The notes under the pieces are model-generated. The model worked only from the letters and a program-made list of their open reading frames with translations, did not search any database and was not told the DNA's origin. A stretch of DNA of 64,000 nt from Longimicrobiales bacterium (GTDB taxonomy: Bacteria > Gemmatimonadota > Gemmatimonadetes > Longimicrobiales > Gaopeijiaceae), in assembly GCA_965202985.1 (NCBI GenBank), contig CBDBCF010000001.1, positions 576,001-640,000 on the forward strand, given 5' to 3'. The position numbers and the translations under genes were made by a program. Shown piece by piece: positions 47,298 through 56,980 of the stretch (position 1 is its first letter; every line of letters starts with the position of its first letter).

Positions 47298-47936
47298 ATG
47301 ACGCAAGAGGAAGCCCCGGATACCGCCGTCGCGTACCCCGTGCCCGCAGGCGTCGGCGAAGGCGAATCGACGGTGCGCCGAAGTCGGTTCGTGGCGCGGG
47401 TCGGCCGAGCCCGGAGTCGCAACCAGGCGCTCCAATTCGTCCAGGACGCCAAGGAGCGCCTGCCCGGCGCCACGCACTACTGCTGGGCGTTCAACTCGGG
47501 GCCGCCCGGCTCCGCCGTTCAGGTGGGAGCGAGCGACGCGGGCGAGCCGCCGGGCACGGCCGGGCGCTCCATGCTCGCCTACCTCCTCCGCTCGGGCGTG
47601 GGCGAGGTCGTGGCGGTGTGCGCACGGTACTACGGCGGAGTCAAGCTGGGAACGGGAGGGCTGGCCCGGGCCTACTCCGACAGCGCGAAGCAGGCTTTGG
47701 TGGCCTGCCCGAAGAAGACGAACGTCGAGCGCGTCCCGGTCCGGGTCGCGATTCCCTACGCCTCCGTGGACCGCGTGGAACGGTTGTGGGCCAAGTTGGG
47801 CGCAACCGTTCGGGAGAGGGAGTTCGGCGCCTTCGTTCGCTACGAGGTAGCTGTCCCGCGGGAACAGCGCCTGCGCATGGAAGAGGAGGTCGCCGGCGTC
47901 ACGGCGGGAACCGGACGAATCGAAGACCCGGCCTAG
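47298..47936 (+). CDS. yigZ: YigZ/IMPACT family protein
   Basis: RRSRF, ATHYCWA, SDAGEPPGTAG, RYYGGVKLGTGGLARAY. Confidence 0.93.
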   Translation: MTQEEAPDTAVAYPVPAGVGEGESTVRRSRFVARVGRARSRNQALQFVQDAKERLPGATHYCWAFNSGPPGSAVQVGASDAGEPPGTAGRSMLAYLLRSGVGEVVAVCARYYGGVKLGTGGLARAYSDSAKQALVACPKKTNVERVPVRVAIPYASVDRVERLWAKLGATVREREFGAFVRYEVAVPREQRLRMEEEVAGVTAGTGRIEDPA

Positions 47937-48062
47937 CTAAGGAGCAACGGCCCCAAGAGGAAACGGCTACGGGAAGGCGCTCGGCGTCCGTCTCGGGCGG
48001 CGTCCCCGGGGCGCGAGTCGCCCCCCGGGGATCTCTGGCGGAAGTGCGGGCCTACGGCAGGG

Positions 48063-48272
48063 TCAACCCAGCCGGACCACGTTTTCCGCGGCCGGTCCCT
48101 TGGCCCCGTCGACCACGTCGAACTCCACCCGCTCGCCTTCGGCCAGGCTCCTGAAGCCCTCCCCCTGGATGGCGGAGAAGTGGACGAAGCAGTCTTCGCC
48201 GTTGTCGGCCCGCGAGATGAAGCCGAACCCCTTCTGGTCGTTGAACCACTTGACGGTTCCTTCGGTGCGCAC
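48063..48272 (-). CDS. Cold-shock protein
   Basis: [43 protein letters not shown]. Confidence 0.97.
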   Translation of the reverse strand: MRTEGTVKWFNDQKGFGFISRADNGEDCFVHFSAIQGEGFRSLAEGERVEFDVVDGAKGPAAENVVRLG

Positions 48273-48374
48273 GCTGTCTCTCCCTCTGGTGTTGCTAGGT
48301 TGGTCCGCCGGTGTCTGTCTTGGTCGCCGGCGTGTTCCGGCTTGCCCGTAGCCGGACGAATTTCAGCGGCCAGC

Positions 48375-48415
48375 AAAAAGACGGGCATCCCCCACGGTCG
48401 TTCGGGGCCCGTCTT
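48375..48415 (-). terminator. Hairpin with T tract (possible intrinsic terminator)
   Basis: Minus strand AAGACGGGC...GCCCGTC followed by TTTTT. Confidence 0.45.
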
Positions 48416-48516
48416 CTTCTGGGTGATCGCACTGGCCGCTGCGGACTCGCTCTTGAATGGTCGCTCAAGGTGAAGGTCGCATGACGCGCCGGTGGGGTCA
48501 ACCCGCCCGGGGCTCG

Positions 48517-49038
48517 TCAACCGGAGTCGCCCGAGCCTCTCGTCGTCCAACCCGAGTCGGGGTTGCACAGAAGGCTTGGCCGGTCGGGGTCTCGGCAGGC
48601 CGGCGCCTGGATCTCCAGCGTGTCGGAGACGACGTCCCCCGCGGTGGTGGCCCCGGACACGACCAGCCGGAAGTCGTAGGCCCTCGGAACGTTGCCCCAG
48701 ACGCGAGCCGTGTCCGGCTGCTCGAATCTGCGGCGTCCGGCCTTGCGCATGGAACGGGGGCACCAGAGGGGGTTGGCCGTCTCCGCCGCCAGCTCCCACG
48801 TCAGGACCACGTTCTGCCGAACCGCGGGCACGGCGCTGATCCGCACCCACAGGTTCTGGACCTCCACATCCAGCGTGTCCAGGACGATCTCCAAGCCGGC
48901 GGGGGGCGGATCGACTTCCAGGCTCGTCGGCAGTCCGGTCCCGCACGCGGACGGGGCGACGGTCGCGCCCGCCAATGCGCACAGGAACAAAGAGCGGCGC
49001 CGGGCCGCTCGCGTGGTGCTCCTCCGGGGTTCCCACAT
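48517..49038 (-). CDS. Hypothetical exported/lipoprotein
   Basis: AAGGAGG RBS; RRRSLFLCALAGATVAPSAC. Confidence 0.7.
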   Translation of the reverse strand: MWEPRRSTTRAARRRSLFLCALAGATVAPSACGTGLPTSLEVDPPPAGLEIVLDTLDVEVQNLWVRISAVPAVRQNVVLTWELAAETANPLWCPRSMRKAGRRRFEQPDTARVWGNVPRAYDFRLVVSGATTAGDVVSDTLEIQAPACRDPDRPSLLCNPDSGWTTRGSGDSG

Positions 49039-49090
49039 GGCGTCCTCCTTCGCTCGGTCTTCCCTCGGTGCAACGCGTTCCTGACAAGAT

Positions 49091-49110
49091 AATTTAGGCG
49101 TCCCTAAAAT
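49091..49110. promoter_or_regulatory. DtxR/MntR-like palindromic operator
   Basis: TTTAGG-CGTC-CCTAAA in an AT-rich patch about 50 bp upstream of the 49038 start. Confidence 0.5.
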
Positions 49111-49263
49111 GCAACGATTTTGTTTTTCAATCGTTACGAAAACGTCTTCTTGGAGATCGGAGTCGGTGCGACCAGAGTCCGCGCTACGTCACCGACACCT
49201 GCGAAGACTTGTCCTCGGAAAGCAGTCCGACGACGACCTGACTCGGCTTGGCGCGACGGGCGG

Positions 49264-50298
49264 TCAGACGGGGCCGTTCGCGGTCCGCGCCAGCAGCTTG
49301 TCGCCCGTGTCGCAGTCCACCACGGCGTCCGCCGCCTCGTCCACCAACTCCGATCCCGACGCCGCCAAGATGCGACGCAGCCGCTCCGCCGTCCCCGACC
49401 CGAACCGCCGCGCCGCCAGCCGAACCACCAGCGCCCGCTTCTCGGCCAACCCCTGTTCCAGCCCTTGTTCCAGCCCCTGCTCCAGCCCCTGCTCTCGACC
49501 TTCCCGCCGGAGCTCCTCCGCTGCTTCCGCCGCCTGCCAGGACATGCCGCCTCCCTCCCTTGGGTGTCTGATCCGCTCCACGATCCGCTCTCTCGTCGCC
49601 CGCGCCACGCCCATCGCCCGCGCCGCCTCCTCCGCCCACATCGCGTAGCCCTCCCGCACGCCCGCGTGCTCCGGACCGCCGTAGCGCGCAACCAGCGCTT
49701 CCGTCACCCGGCCCAGGTTCCGCCAGTCCCGAACCAGGTCCACCAGCCACCGCAGCAGCGTGCCGTCCGCCGGCAAGTCTTGCTCCGCAGCCGACCTCGA
49801 GTCAAGGACCTCGTACAGGTGCGCCGTCTGCCGCCGGGCGGCGCTCGCAGACCCCGGCGGCGCCAGCGCGGCCACGCTCGTCAGCGCTCGCCACGGCTTG
49901 GGACCGACGTGCAGCACCGACGACAGGACGGTGGGCGCGCCGCTGCCGTCGGGGTTTCTCCACTGCTCGCTGGCTTTGAGGAAGCGGTAGAGGTGGGCGA
50001 CGTACTCGAGGCTTCGGAAGAGCATGTCGTAGCGGACGGCGGACTGGTACTCGACGTGGAAGACGACGGCGCGGCGGCGGTGGCGGAAGGGGACCCACCA
50101 AGCGGCGTCGGCGCGGCGGAGCTTGGGGCCGGGGGAGACGTGCTCGGTGGGCAGTTCGCGGATCGAGTCGAGGTCGAGTTCGCGGTGCCAGCCGCGAGCC
50201 ATGAAGTCGCGGACCAATGACTGGGCGGCGAGGGGGTGGGCGAAGAACGACTTGAGGACCTCGTCGTGCCTGCGGGGGCGCTTGGGACGCTCCGTCAT
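49264..50298 (-). CDS. Rpn/YhgA-like recombination-promoting nuclease (putative transposase)
   Basis: HDEVLKSFF.HP, LDLDS...LPTEHV, RRAD..W, HVEYQS, VLHVG..PW; C-terminal GLEQ repeats. Confidence 0.9.
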   Translation of the reverse strand: MTERPKRPRRHDEVLKSFFAHPLAAQSLVRDFMARGWHRELDLDSIRELPTEHVSPGPKLRRADAAWWVPFRHRRRAVVFHVEYQSAVRYDMLFRSLEYVAHLYRFLKASEQWRNPDGSGAPTVLSSVLHVGPKPWRALTSVAALAPPGSASAARRQTAHLYEVLDSRSAAEQDLPADGTLLRWLVDLVRDWRNLGRVTEALVARYGGPEHAGVREGYAMWAEEAARAMGVARATRERIVERIRHPREGGGMSWQAAEAAEELRREGREQGLEQGLEQGLEQGLAEKRALVVRLAARRFGSGTAERLRRILAASGSELVDEAADAVVDCDTGDKLLARTANGPV

Positions 50299-50555
50299 GG
50301 GTTGCGGTCTCCGTTGGCGCGGGGAGTTGGCGGACGTTGGCGGACCGGCCTGCGAGGACCGGGCGAGTCCTGGACACGGAGCAAGATGGGACGAAATTGG
50401 GGCGTTTCCATGGCTGGATCGGCCCGTTTTTCGGCGACCTTCGCCGGACCGGAGGAGGCCGTGAAATGCCGTCCCTCCAGACGCTCTTGGTCAGCCCGAC
50501 GCGGCCTCGCACCGACCCATCCCTGCGGCGGGCCGTTGCGCTTGGCGGCTCGTCT

Positions 50556-51722
50556 TCAATCGTCAGGAAATGAACGCGGACACGGAGCGGAGTCGAAGTA
50601 GAGTTGATCCAGCAGGTAGCGTACGCGATGGCGCGCAGCGCAGCGCCGCAACATGTCGGCGGGAACGGACCAGGGCGCGCGGCCCAGTCGATAGTCGTCC
50701 ACGGCCCGATGCAATGCGCGCCGCTTGTCCGGCGCCAGGAGCCGCTTGACGTACCCTTGGGCGTGCTGCAGGACGTTGACGTGCCGTTCTCGCGTGGCGG
50801 GCGTGCTCATGGCGGCCAGAAACCCTGAGCCGTAACGGGCCGCCAGCTCGTCGTCGGGTAGGCGACCGGCACCGCCCAACAGTCTCCCCAGGCGACGAAC
50901 GGCGCCTTCGTCCCGAGCCCAGACCACGAACTTGTGGGCCGTGTGAAAGGCCACGAGACGAGACCGGAGTCTGGCGGCGCTCTCGGCGACGGGTCGGGAC
51001 GCGGAGGCGGAGGTCGTCGCGCTCTCGGCGGCAAGCCGGAACACCGCGCCTGCGGGTGCCGCGACGGTGGCCAGGGCGCGCCAGCGGTTGCGAGCAAAGA
51101 CCGTCTCCAGAAACGCCTTGGCGAGGGACGCGGTCTGCAGGTCCCCTTCCTCCGCCAAGGGCAGGTCGGGACATGCTCGCCGCAGTTCGAGGGCGAACAG
51201 TCCCGTGCCGCCGGACTGGCCCACCCATTCTTCGCCGCTCCGGCTTCGGCGGAAGACGCGCGCGCTTCCCAGCCCGCAAGACGGCGATCTGCTCTTCAAG
51301 ACGTAGCCGTCCAGCTCCAGGTCACCCAGAGCCCGTGTCCTTCGGCGGGCGTATCGCGTCATCCGCTCCGTATGGTCCCGGCCCGACGCCGGGTCCACCA
51401 TGCGGAGGCCGCCGTCCCGCTCCTCGAGTCGCACCGGCGGCCTGGGCACACCCATGCCGGCTTCCACCTCGGGGCAGACCCGGACCCACTGCGCCCACGG
51501 GCCCAGCGCGCGATCGAGCGCGGAGTCGCGCTTGTGACCGCCGTCGTAGCGAACCGCGTCGCCCAGCAGGCAGGCGGACACGCCGATCCGAACCGGGGCG
51601 TCCGGCGAGTACCAACGACGCCAGCCTCCGGGCCAGGGTTCCGACGCGGCCGACGGGGGAGGTGCACCCGACCCGGAAGCGCCGGCGGCACGGACACCGT
51701 CGCCGGACTGCCGGCGCGTCAC
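50556..51722 (-). CDS. DUF523 + DUF1722 (YbbK/YbgA-like) protein
   Basis: IGVSACLLGDAVRYDGGHK, VCPEVEAGMGVPR, LKSRSPSCG; FHTAHKF, HVNVLQHAQGY, YLLDQLY. Confidence 0.9.
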   Translation of the reverse strand: MTRRQSGDGVRAAGASGSGAPPPSAASEPWPGGWRRWYSPDAPVRIGVSACLLGDAVRYDGGHKRDSALDRALGPWAQWVRVCPEVEAGMGVPRPPVRLEERDGGLRMVDPASGRDHTERMTRYARRRTRALGDLELDGYVLKSRSPSCGLGSARVFRRSRSGEEWVGQSGGTGLFALELRRACPDLPLAEEGDLQTASLAKAFLETVFARNRWRALATVAAPAGAVFRLAAESATTSASASRPVAESAARLRSRLVAFHTAHKFVVWARDEGAVRRLGRLLGGAGRLPDDELAARYGSGFLAAMSTPATRERHVNVLQHAQGYVKRLLAPDKRRALHRAVDDYRLGRAPWSVPADMLRRCAARHRVRYLLDQLYFDSAPCPRSFPDD

Positions 51723-52342
51723 GGGAAGGCGGTCGTCGCCCAGAGCGCAACCGCCACGGCCAACGGCGTCGTCAGGTTGTCGTCGAGCTTCCACGGCGCC
51801 GCTTCCACGGCCGCCGCTAACCCGGCCGCCAGCAGCCCATGAGGCACGCCCGCCCAGGGAACGAGGACGCCGCAGCCGGCAACGAAGAACGTCGCGGTTC
51901 CTTCCCAGCTGCCCTTCCCCAGAGCCCGCCTGCCCCACAGCCGTCCGACCACGCTGGCAGCGGGGTCGGCGAGGGCGAGAACCAGAAGCGAGGGCACGAA
52001 GTGGGCGGGAGCGAGAAGCGACACGGCCAGTGCGCCCGCCAGGAACCAGGACGACGAGGCCGGGCCGCGCGCCTCCCTGGGAGACGCAAGAACCCGGAAC
52101 CAGCGAAAGAAGATCGCGTTGACCTCCGGAAATCGGAAGCGGAGCGCGTCGAGGGAGAAGGAAGCCGCTGTCGCCCCGGCGAGCGCCGCCCGCAGTCCGA
52201 ACGAGCCCGCTCCCGCGCAGTGCGCCGCCGCCGCTAGGCCGACCCCCGTCGCGGCGTGAAAGACGCGACGCCACGGCTGCACGCCGCCGGTCCGTTCCGC
52301 GAGAACCTCGGTCGGCGCCTGCTTGCGATCCCTTTCGTTCAC
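51719..52342 (-). CDS. Polyprenol/dolichol/phytol kinase-like membrane protein (CTP-dependent family)
   Basis: RRVFH, ADPAASVVG..WG, KGSWEG, DDNLTTP. Confidence 0.8.
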   Translation of the reverse strand: MNERDRKQAPTEVLAERTGGVQPWRRVFHAATGVGLAAAAHCAGAGSFGLRAALAGATAASFSLDALRFRFPEVNAIFFRWFRVLASPREARGPASSSWFLAGALAVSLLAPAHFVPSLLVLALADPAASVVGRLWGRRALGKGSWEGTATFFVAGCGVLVPWAGVPHGLLAAGLAAAVEAAPWKLDDNLTTPLAVAVALWATTAFP

Positions 52343-52434
52343 CGGGGTGACGTTGCCGGAGACGGGCGCCTGCTGCAACCCCACGCACGCGCCGGCCGGT
52401 CCGCTACTCGGGCCGGTCCGCGGCGGCAACTCGA

Positions 52435-52463
52435 CTGTTACAGAACCGGGAATCCGCCGTTAC
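52435..52463 (+). promoter_or_regulatory. Possible Pho-box-like direct repeats
   Basis: CTGTTAC (52435) and CCGTTAC (52457) lie on an 11-bp register upstream of the TonB receptor; the middle unit is degenerate. Confidence 0.35.
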
Positions 52464-52587
52464 CCATGCCCGGTACCGTCCGTTGCGCGCCGGGCGCAAG
52501 CCGCCGGGTCGCCGACGAAACCCCCCGCTTGCGGCGCTGGCCGTCGCGGGCACGCTCCGCCTAGAACAAAGGAACGAATTGAGGCCG

Positions 52588-55410
52588 ATGCGTCTTCCCG
52601 GAAAGCCCGGACTGCGGGCGCTGATCCCACTCGCGGCGGCGGTTGCCGCCTACCCCGTCCACGGCGCGGCCCAGACGGGCAAGATCGTGGGCCGCGTCCT
52701 CGACGCCGGAACCGCCCAGCGTATCGCGGGCGCCCAGGTGTACCTGGAAGACCAGTCTGCCGGCGGGCTGTCGGGGGTCGACGGACGGTTCGTGGTCCGC
52801 GACGTCCCGGCGGGCGAGCACGCCGTGGTGGTCCGGATGCTGGGGTACGCCACCAAGACGGTGACGGGCGTGACGGTGGAGGCGGACGGGTTCGCCACCG
52901 TGAACGTGTCGATCGAGTCGGCGGCGGTGAGCATCGAAGGGGTCACCGTGGAGGCCACCGTCGAAACCGGGTCCACGGCCGCCCTGCTCTCCGAGCGCCA
53001 GAGCCGGTCGTTCGTTGTGGACGCCATCGGCGCCGACCAGATCTCCAGATCCCCCGACGGCGACGCCGCGGCGGCCCTGAAGCGGGTGCCGGGGCTGTCG
53101 GTGGTGGACGGCAAGTTCGCCTACGTCCGGGGGCTGGGAGAGCGCTACAGCGCCACCACGCTCAACGGCGCCCCGTTGGCGTCGCCGATGCCGGACCGGA
53201 AGGTCGTGCCTCTGGACATCGTGCCGTCGGACCTGCTGGAGTCGATCGTCACGGTCAAGAGCTACTCGCCCGACCAGCCCGGCGACTACGCCGGCGGCTT
53301 GGTCGAGCTTCGCACGAAGGACTTTCCGGCTCGCAGAATTTTCTCGGTGTCGGCGTCCAGCAGCTTGAACACCGTGACAACCTTCGAGGACGGCCTGCGC
53401 TACGCCGGCGGCGGCTTGGACTTCCTGGGCTTCGACGACGGAACGCGGGCGCTTCCGGCCCTGATCCCGACGGACCAGCGGGTCATCTACTGCGGCGCGG
53501 GCTGCTTCTCGCGCGCGGATCTGGAGCGGTTCGGCGAGTCCTTCGGCGGCGACTGGGGCCCCACCTTCCGCAATCTGCCGCCGAACGGCTCGATCGGGCT
53601 GTCGTACGGTGACGATCTGGAGGTGTTCGGCCGGTCCTTCGGCGTGCTGGGGTCGCTGACGTACTCCAACGGCTTCGGGAGCCGGAGCAAGATCGTCGAG
53701 CGGGTGTTCTCCACGTCGGGCGTGGACGATCCGGAGGTCGACTACGAGGGCCAAGCCACGACGCGCTCGGTGTCGCTGGGCGGCCTGGCCAACCTGTCGT
53801 ACGAGCTCGGCCCCACCAGCCGCATCACGGCCAACTTGGTGTACAACCGGCTCATGGACGACGAGGCCCGCACTTACGAGGGCTTCAACCTCGACTCCAA
53901 CTCGAATCAGCGGAACCACCGCATCCGCTTCCTGGCCCAGACGTTGACCAACGCCCAGATCAAGGGCGAGCACCGCTTGACGTTCCTGGCGAACGCGAAG
54001 TTCGACTGGCGGGGCGCCTGGTCCCGCGCGCAGCGATATGAACCCAACACGCGCGACGTGCTCTACCGGGAAGAGGACGGCGAGTACCTGTTCGAGAACT
54101 TCGTGTCGTCGGGATCGGTTTTCCACCAGGACTTGGTGGACGACACCTACAGCGCCGCCGCCGACTTGGACCTTCCCTTCGCCTTGGGCGGGGGCGACCG
54201 GGGCGGGACGGTTTCCGTGGGCGGCTTCTTCAGCGCGAAGCGTCGGGACGCATTCACGCGCAGGTTCCGGTTTCTGCTGGTTTCCGGGGGGGACGTGGGT
54301 CGCCAAGTGCGGATGCGCGACCCCAACAACCTGTTCAACGCGCGAACGATCGGGAACGGCTTCGAGCTTCAAGAGGCCACCTTCCGGCCCGACAACTACG
54401 ACGCGTCTGAAGACGTGCGCGCGGGCTACGCCATGCTGGACGCCCAAGTCGTCGGACCGCTCAAGCTGATGGCCGGCGTTCGAGCCGAGTCGGCCGCGCA
54501 AGAGGTGGCGCCCCGCGACTTGTTCGACCCGAGGCTGCCGGCACTAGACAGGGCGGAGCTGGACGACCTGGACCTGTTGCCTGTCGTCGCGCTTACCCTT
54601 CGGCTTCGAGAAGGCATGAACGTGCGCATGGGCGCGTCCCGGACCTTGGCCCGGCCGCAGTTGCGGGAGCTGGCGCCATTCGCCTTCGCCGATTACGCGG
54701 GCGGCTACTTGACGGTGGGAAACCCGGAGCTGCGACGCTCGCGCATCTGGAACTTCGACGGCCGCTGGGAGACGTTCTTCGGCCACGGGGGCGTGTTGGC
54801 GGTCAGCGGCTTTCACAAGAGCTTCGAGGCCCCCATCGAGGTCGCCGTGCTGCCCAGCACCGAACTGCTCAAGACGTGGATCAACGGCGGTGCCGCCGTC
54901 AGCTACGGGGCGGAGTTGGAGTTTCGGTCCGATCTGGGCTTTCTGTCGTCGGAGCTGGAGGCGGTGTTGCTCAACAGCAACTTGACGCTGGTGCGCTCCG
55001 AAGTGGGCACGCCGGGCGTCATCCGGGCGTACGTGCCCGGAGAAGGCGGCGTCGACCTGCCAGTAGTGCCCAAGAACCGTGCGCTCCAAGGACAGTCGCC
55101 CTATGTGGTCAACGTGGGCCTTTCCTACGCTTCCCCGTCGGGCGGGTCGCGGGCCAGCGTGCTGTTCAACCGCTTCGGGCGCCGCATAGACGCCGTGGGC
55201 GGTCAAGCCACGCCCGACATCTTTGAAGAGGCCCGCAGCCAACTGGATGTCGTGCTGGAACGAAGGATCCGGGGCGGGGCCAGGATCAAGCTCTCGGCGA
55301 GCAGGCTGATCGGAAGCGTGGTCGAATTCACCCAAGGCGGGGGGCTGCTGCGCAGCTGGAACGCGGGCCGGACCCTCTCGTTGTCGGTCGGCTGGAACAC
55401 GGGGAACTGA
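52588..55410 (+). CDS. TonB-dependent receptor with N-terminal carboxypeptidase-regulatory-like domain
   Basis: Signal peptide; GKIVGRVLDA; plug LKRVPGLS..YVRGLGERY; GNPELR; LQGQSPY. Confidence 0.95.
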   Translation: MRLPGKPGLRALIPLAAAVAAYPVHGAAQTGKIVGRVLDAGTAQRIAGAQVYLEDQSAGGLSGVDGRFVVRDVPAGEHAVVVRMLGYATKTVTGVTVEADGFATVNVSIESAAVSIEGVTVEATVETGSTAALLSERQSRSFVVDAIGADQISRSPDGDAAAALKRVPGLSVVDGKFAYVRGLGERYSATTLNGAPLASPMPDRKVVPLDIVPSDLLESIVTVKSYSPDQPGDYAGGLVELRTKDFPARRIFSVSASSSLNTVTTFEDGLRYAGGGLDFLGFDDGTRALPALIPTDQRVIYCGAGCFSRADLERFGESFGGDWGPTFRNLPPNGSIGLSYGDDLEVFGRSFGVLGSLTYSNGFGSRSKIVERVFSTSGVDDPEVDYEGQATTRSVSLGGLANLSYELGPTSRITANLVYNRLMDDEARTYEGFNLDSNSNQRNHRIRFLAQTLTNAQIKGEHRLTFLANAKFDWRGAWSRAQRYEPNTRDVLYREEDGEYLFENFVSSGSVFHQDLVDDTYSAAADLDLPFALGGGDRGGTVSVGGFFSAKRRDAFTRRFRFLLVSGGDVGRQVRMRDPNNLFNARTIGNGFELQEATFRPDNYDASEDVRAGYAMLDAQVVGPLKLMAGVRAESAAQEVAPRDLFDPRLPALDRAELDDLDLLPVVALTLRLREGMNVRMGASRTLARPQLRELAPFAFADYAGGYLTVGNPELRRSRIWNFDGRWETFFGHGGVLAVSGFHKSFEAPIEVAVLPSTELLKTWINGGAAVSYGAELEFRSDLGFLSSELEAVLLNSNLTLVRSEVGTPGVIRAYVPGEGGVDLPVVPKNRALQGQSPYVVNVGLSYASPSGGSRASVLFNRFGRRIDAVGGQATPDIFEEARSQLDVVLERRIRGGARIKLSASRLIGSVVEFTQGGGLLRSWNAGRTLSLSVGWNTGN

Positions 55411-55414
55411 AAGC

Positions 55415-56980
55415 ATGCAAGCACACGTGCACATCGTCTGGAAGAACCGCGCGGTCGTCGGGCTGGTCGCGGCCGGCGCCGTCTCGGCAGGAGCCTGCGG
55501 CAGCCCCACGCAGACCGGAGACGCCCCCGCGGCACCCACGCACGTCCGGGCCACGGTCGGCGGCAACGACGTCACGCTCCGCTGGCGAGGCTCCGGCGAC
55601 TCCTACAAGGTGCTGCGCCAAGGCGGAGGCCATGGCTATGTCCAGATCGCCCAGGACGTGCCGTCCAGGTCGTACACGGACTCGGACGTTCGGGAGGGAA
55701 GCTACGGCTACCGCGTGGTCGCGGTCGTCAACGGCATCGAATCCAGCCCGTCGAACCCGGCCCCCGCGACCGTGGCCGACGCGAGTCGGTGGCGCCACCT
55801 GAGCGGGGAGATCAGCGGCGTCCGCACCCTGAACGCCGATTCCGTATACATCCTTCGCGGAATCGTGATCGTGAAGAACGGCGGCGAGCTGCGCATCCCC
55901 GCGGGGACGCTGCTCAAGGGCGACGTGGCCACGCAACCCACCGCGCTCGTCGTGCGGACCGGCGGCAAGCTCTACTCGGAGGGCGCCGCGGACGCGCCGG
56001 TGGTGTTCACCAGCTCGTCTCCCGAAGGCGAACGGCGCCCCGGCGACTGGGGCGGCATCGTGATCAACGGCCGGTCGCTCTGCAACTTTCCCAAGGAGCA
56101 GTGCGTGGGCGAGGGTTCGTCGGGCACGTACGGCGGCACGGACAAGGACGACGACAGCGGGCGGATCGTGTACACGCGCATCGAGTTCGCCGGCTTCGAG
56201 GTCTCGTTCGGCAACGAACTCAACGCCCTGACCCTGAACGGCGTGGGCGCGGGGACCGAGATCCATCACGTGCAGGCCAACGTGGGGCTGGACGACGGCA
56301 TCGAGTTCTTCGGGGGCACGGTGGACCTGAAGTACGCCTTGGTCACCAACGCCAGCGACGACAGCTTCGACTACTCCTCGGGCTGGCAGGGCCGGGGGCA
56401 GTTCTGGATTGCGCAACAGGACCCGAACGACGCCGACAACGGCTTCGAGGTGGACGGCAACGAGGACGACTACAACGCCACGCCGTACACGAACCCGCTT
56501 CTATACAATGTGACGCTCGTGGGGAACGGTCCGGGCGGCGACAGCGGCGACGAGTCCGACGTGGGTCTGCTTGTGCGCCGGGGCGCCGCTGGGAGGATCT
56601 ACAACACCGTGGTCGTGGGCTTCGGCGACCAAGGGCTGGACGTGGACAACGGCGAGACCTTGTCCAACGGCCTGGAGCTGCGGAACTCGGTTCTGGCCGA
56701 GAACAAGGCGCCGTTTTCCACCGACGACGACGGGATCGACGAAGCGGCGTTCTTCAACAACGCCGAATGGAACAATCGGGTGCTGGAGGGCAGCGCCATG
56801 CTGGCGGCCCCCTTCGACCGCGACGCGCCCGACTTCACGCCCTTGGCCGGTTCGCCGTTGCTGACGGGCGCGGCCACCCCGCCCGACGACGGCTTCTTCA
56901 CCGTCGTGGACTTCGTGGGCGCGGCGGCGCCGGGCGGCGACAAGTGGTGGATGGGCTGGACCTCGTTCGTCCGGAACTGA
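55415..56980 (+). CDS. Lipoprotein with FN3 domain and Asp-rich beta-helix-like domain
   Basis: Lipobox AGAC; APTHVRAT...LRW...YRVVAV; GDWGGI, DDSG.I.YTRIEFAG, DDGIEFFGGTV, DDSFD. Confidence 0.88.
   Translation: MQAHVHIVWKNRAVVGLVAAGAVSAGACGSPTQTGDAPAAPTHVRATVGGNDVTLRWRGSGDSYKVLRQGGGHGYVQIAQDVPSRSYTDSDVREGSYGYRVVAVVNGIESSPSNPAPATVADASRWRHLSGEISGVRTLNADSVYILRGIVIVKNGGELRIPAGTLLKGDVATQPTALVVRTGGKLYSEGAADAPVVFTSSSPEGERRPGDWGGIVINGRSLCNFPKEQCVGEGSSGTYGGTDKDDDSGRIVYTRIEFAGFEVSFGNELNALTLNGVGAGTEIHHVQANVGLDDGIEFFGGTVDLKYALVTNASDDSFDYSSGWQGRGQFWIAQQDPNDADNGFEVDGNEDDYNATPYTNPLLYNVTLVGNGPGGDSGDESDVGLLVRRGAAGRIYNTVVVGFGDQGLDVDNGETLSNGLELRNSVLAENKAPFSTDDDGIDEAAFFNNAEWNNRVLEGSAMLAAPFDRDAPDFTPLAGSPLLTGAATPPDDGFFTVVDFVGAAAPGGDKWWMGWTSFVRN

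Noticed and set aside
49445..49497. 12-bp tandem repeat as an independent element
   Set aside because: It encodes the GLEQ repeats normal for Rpn C-termini.
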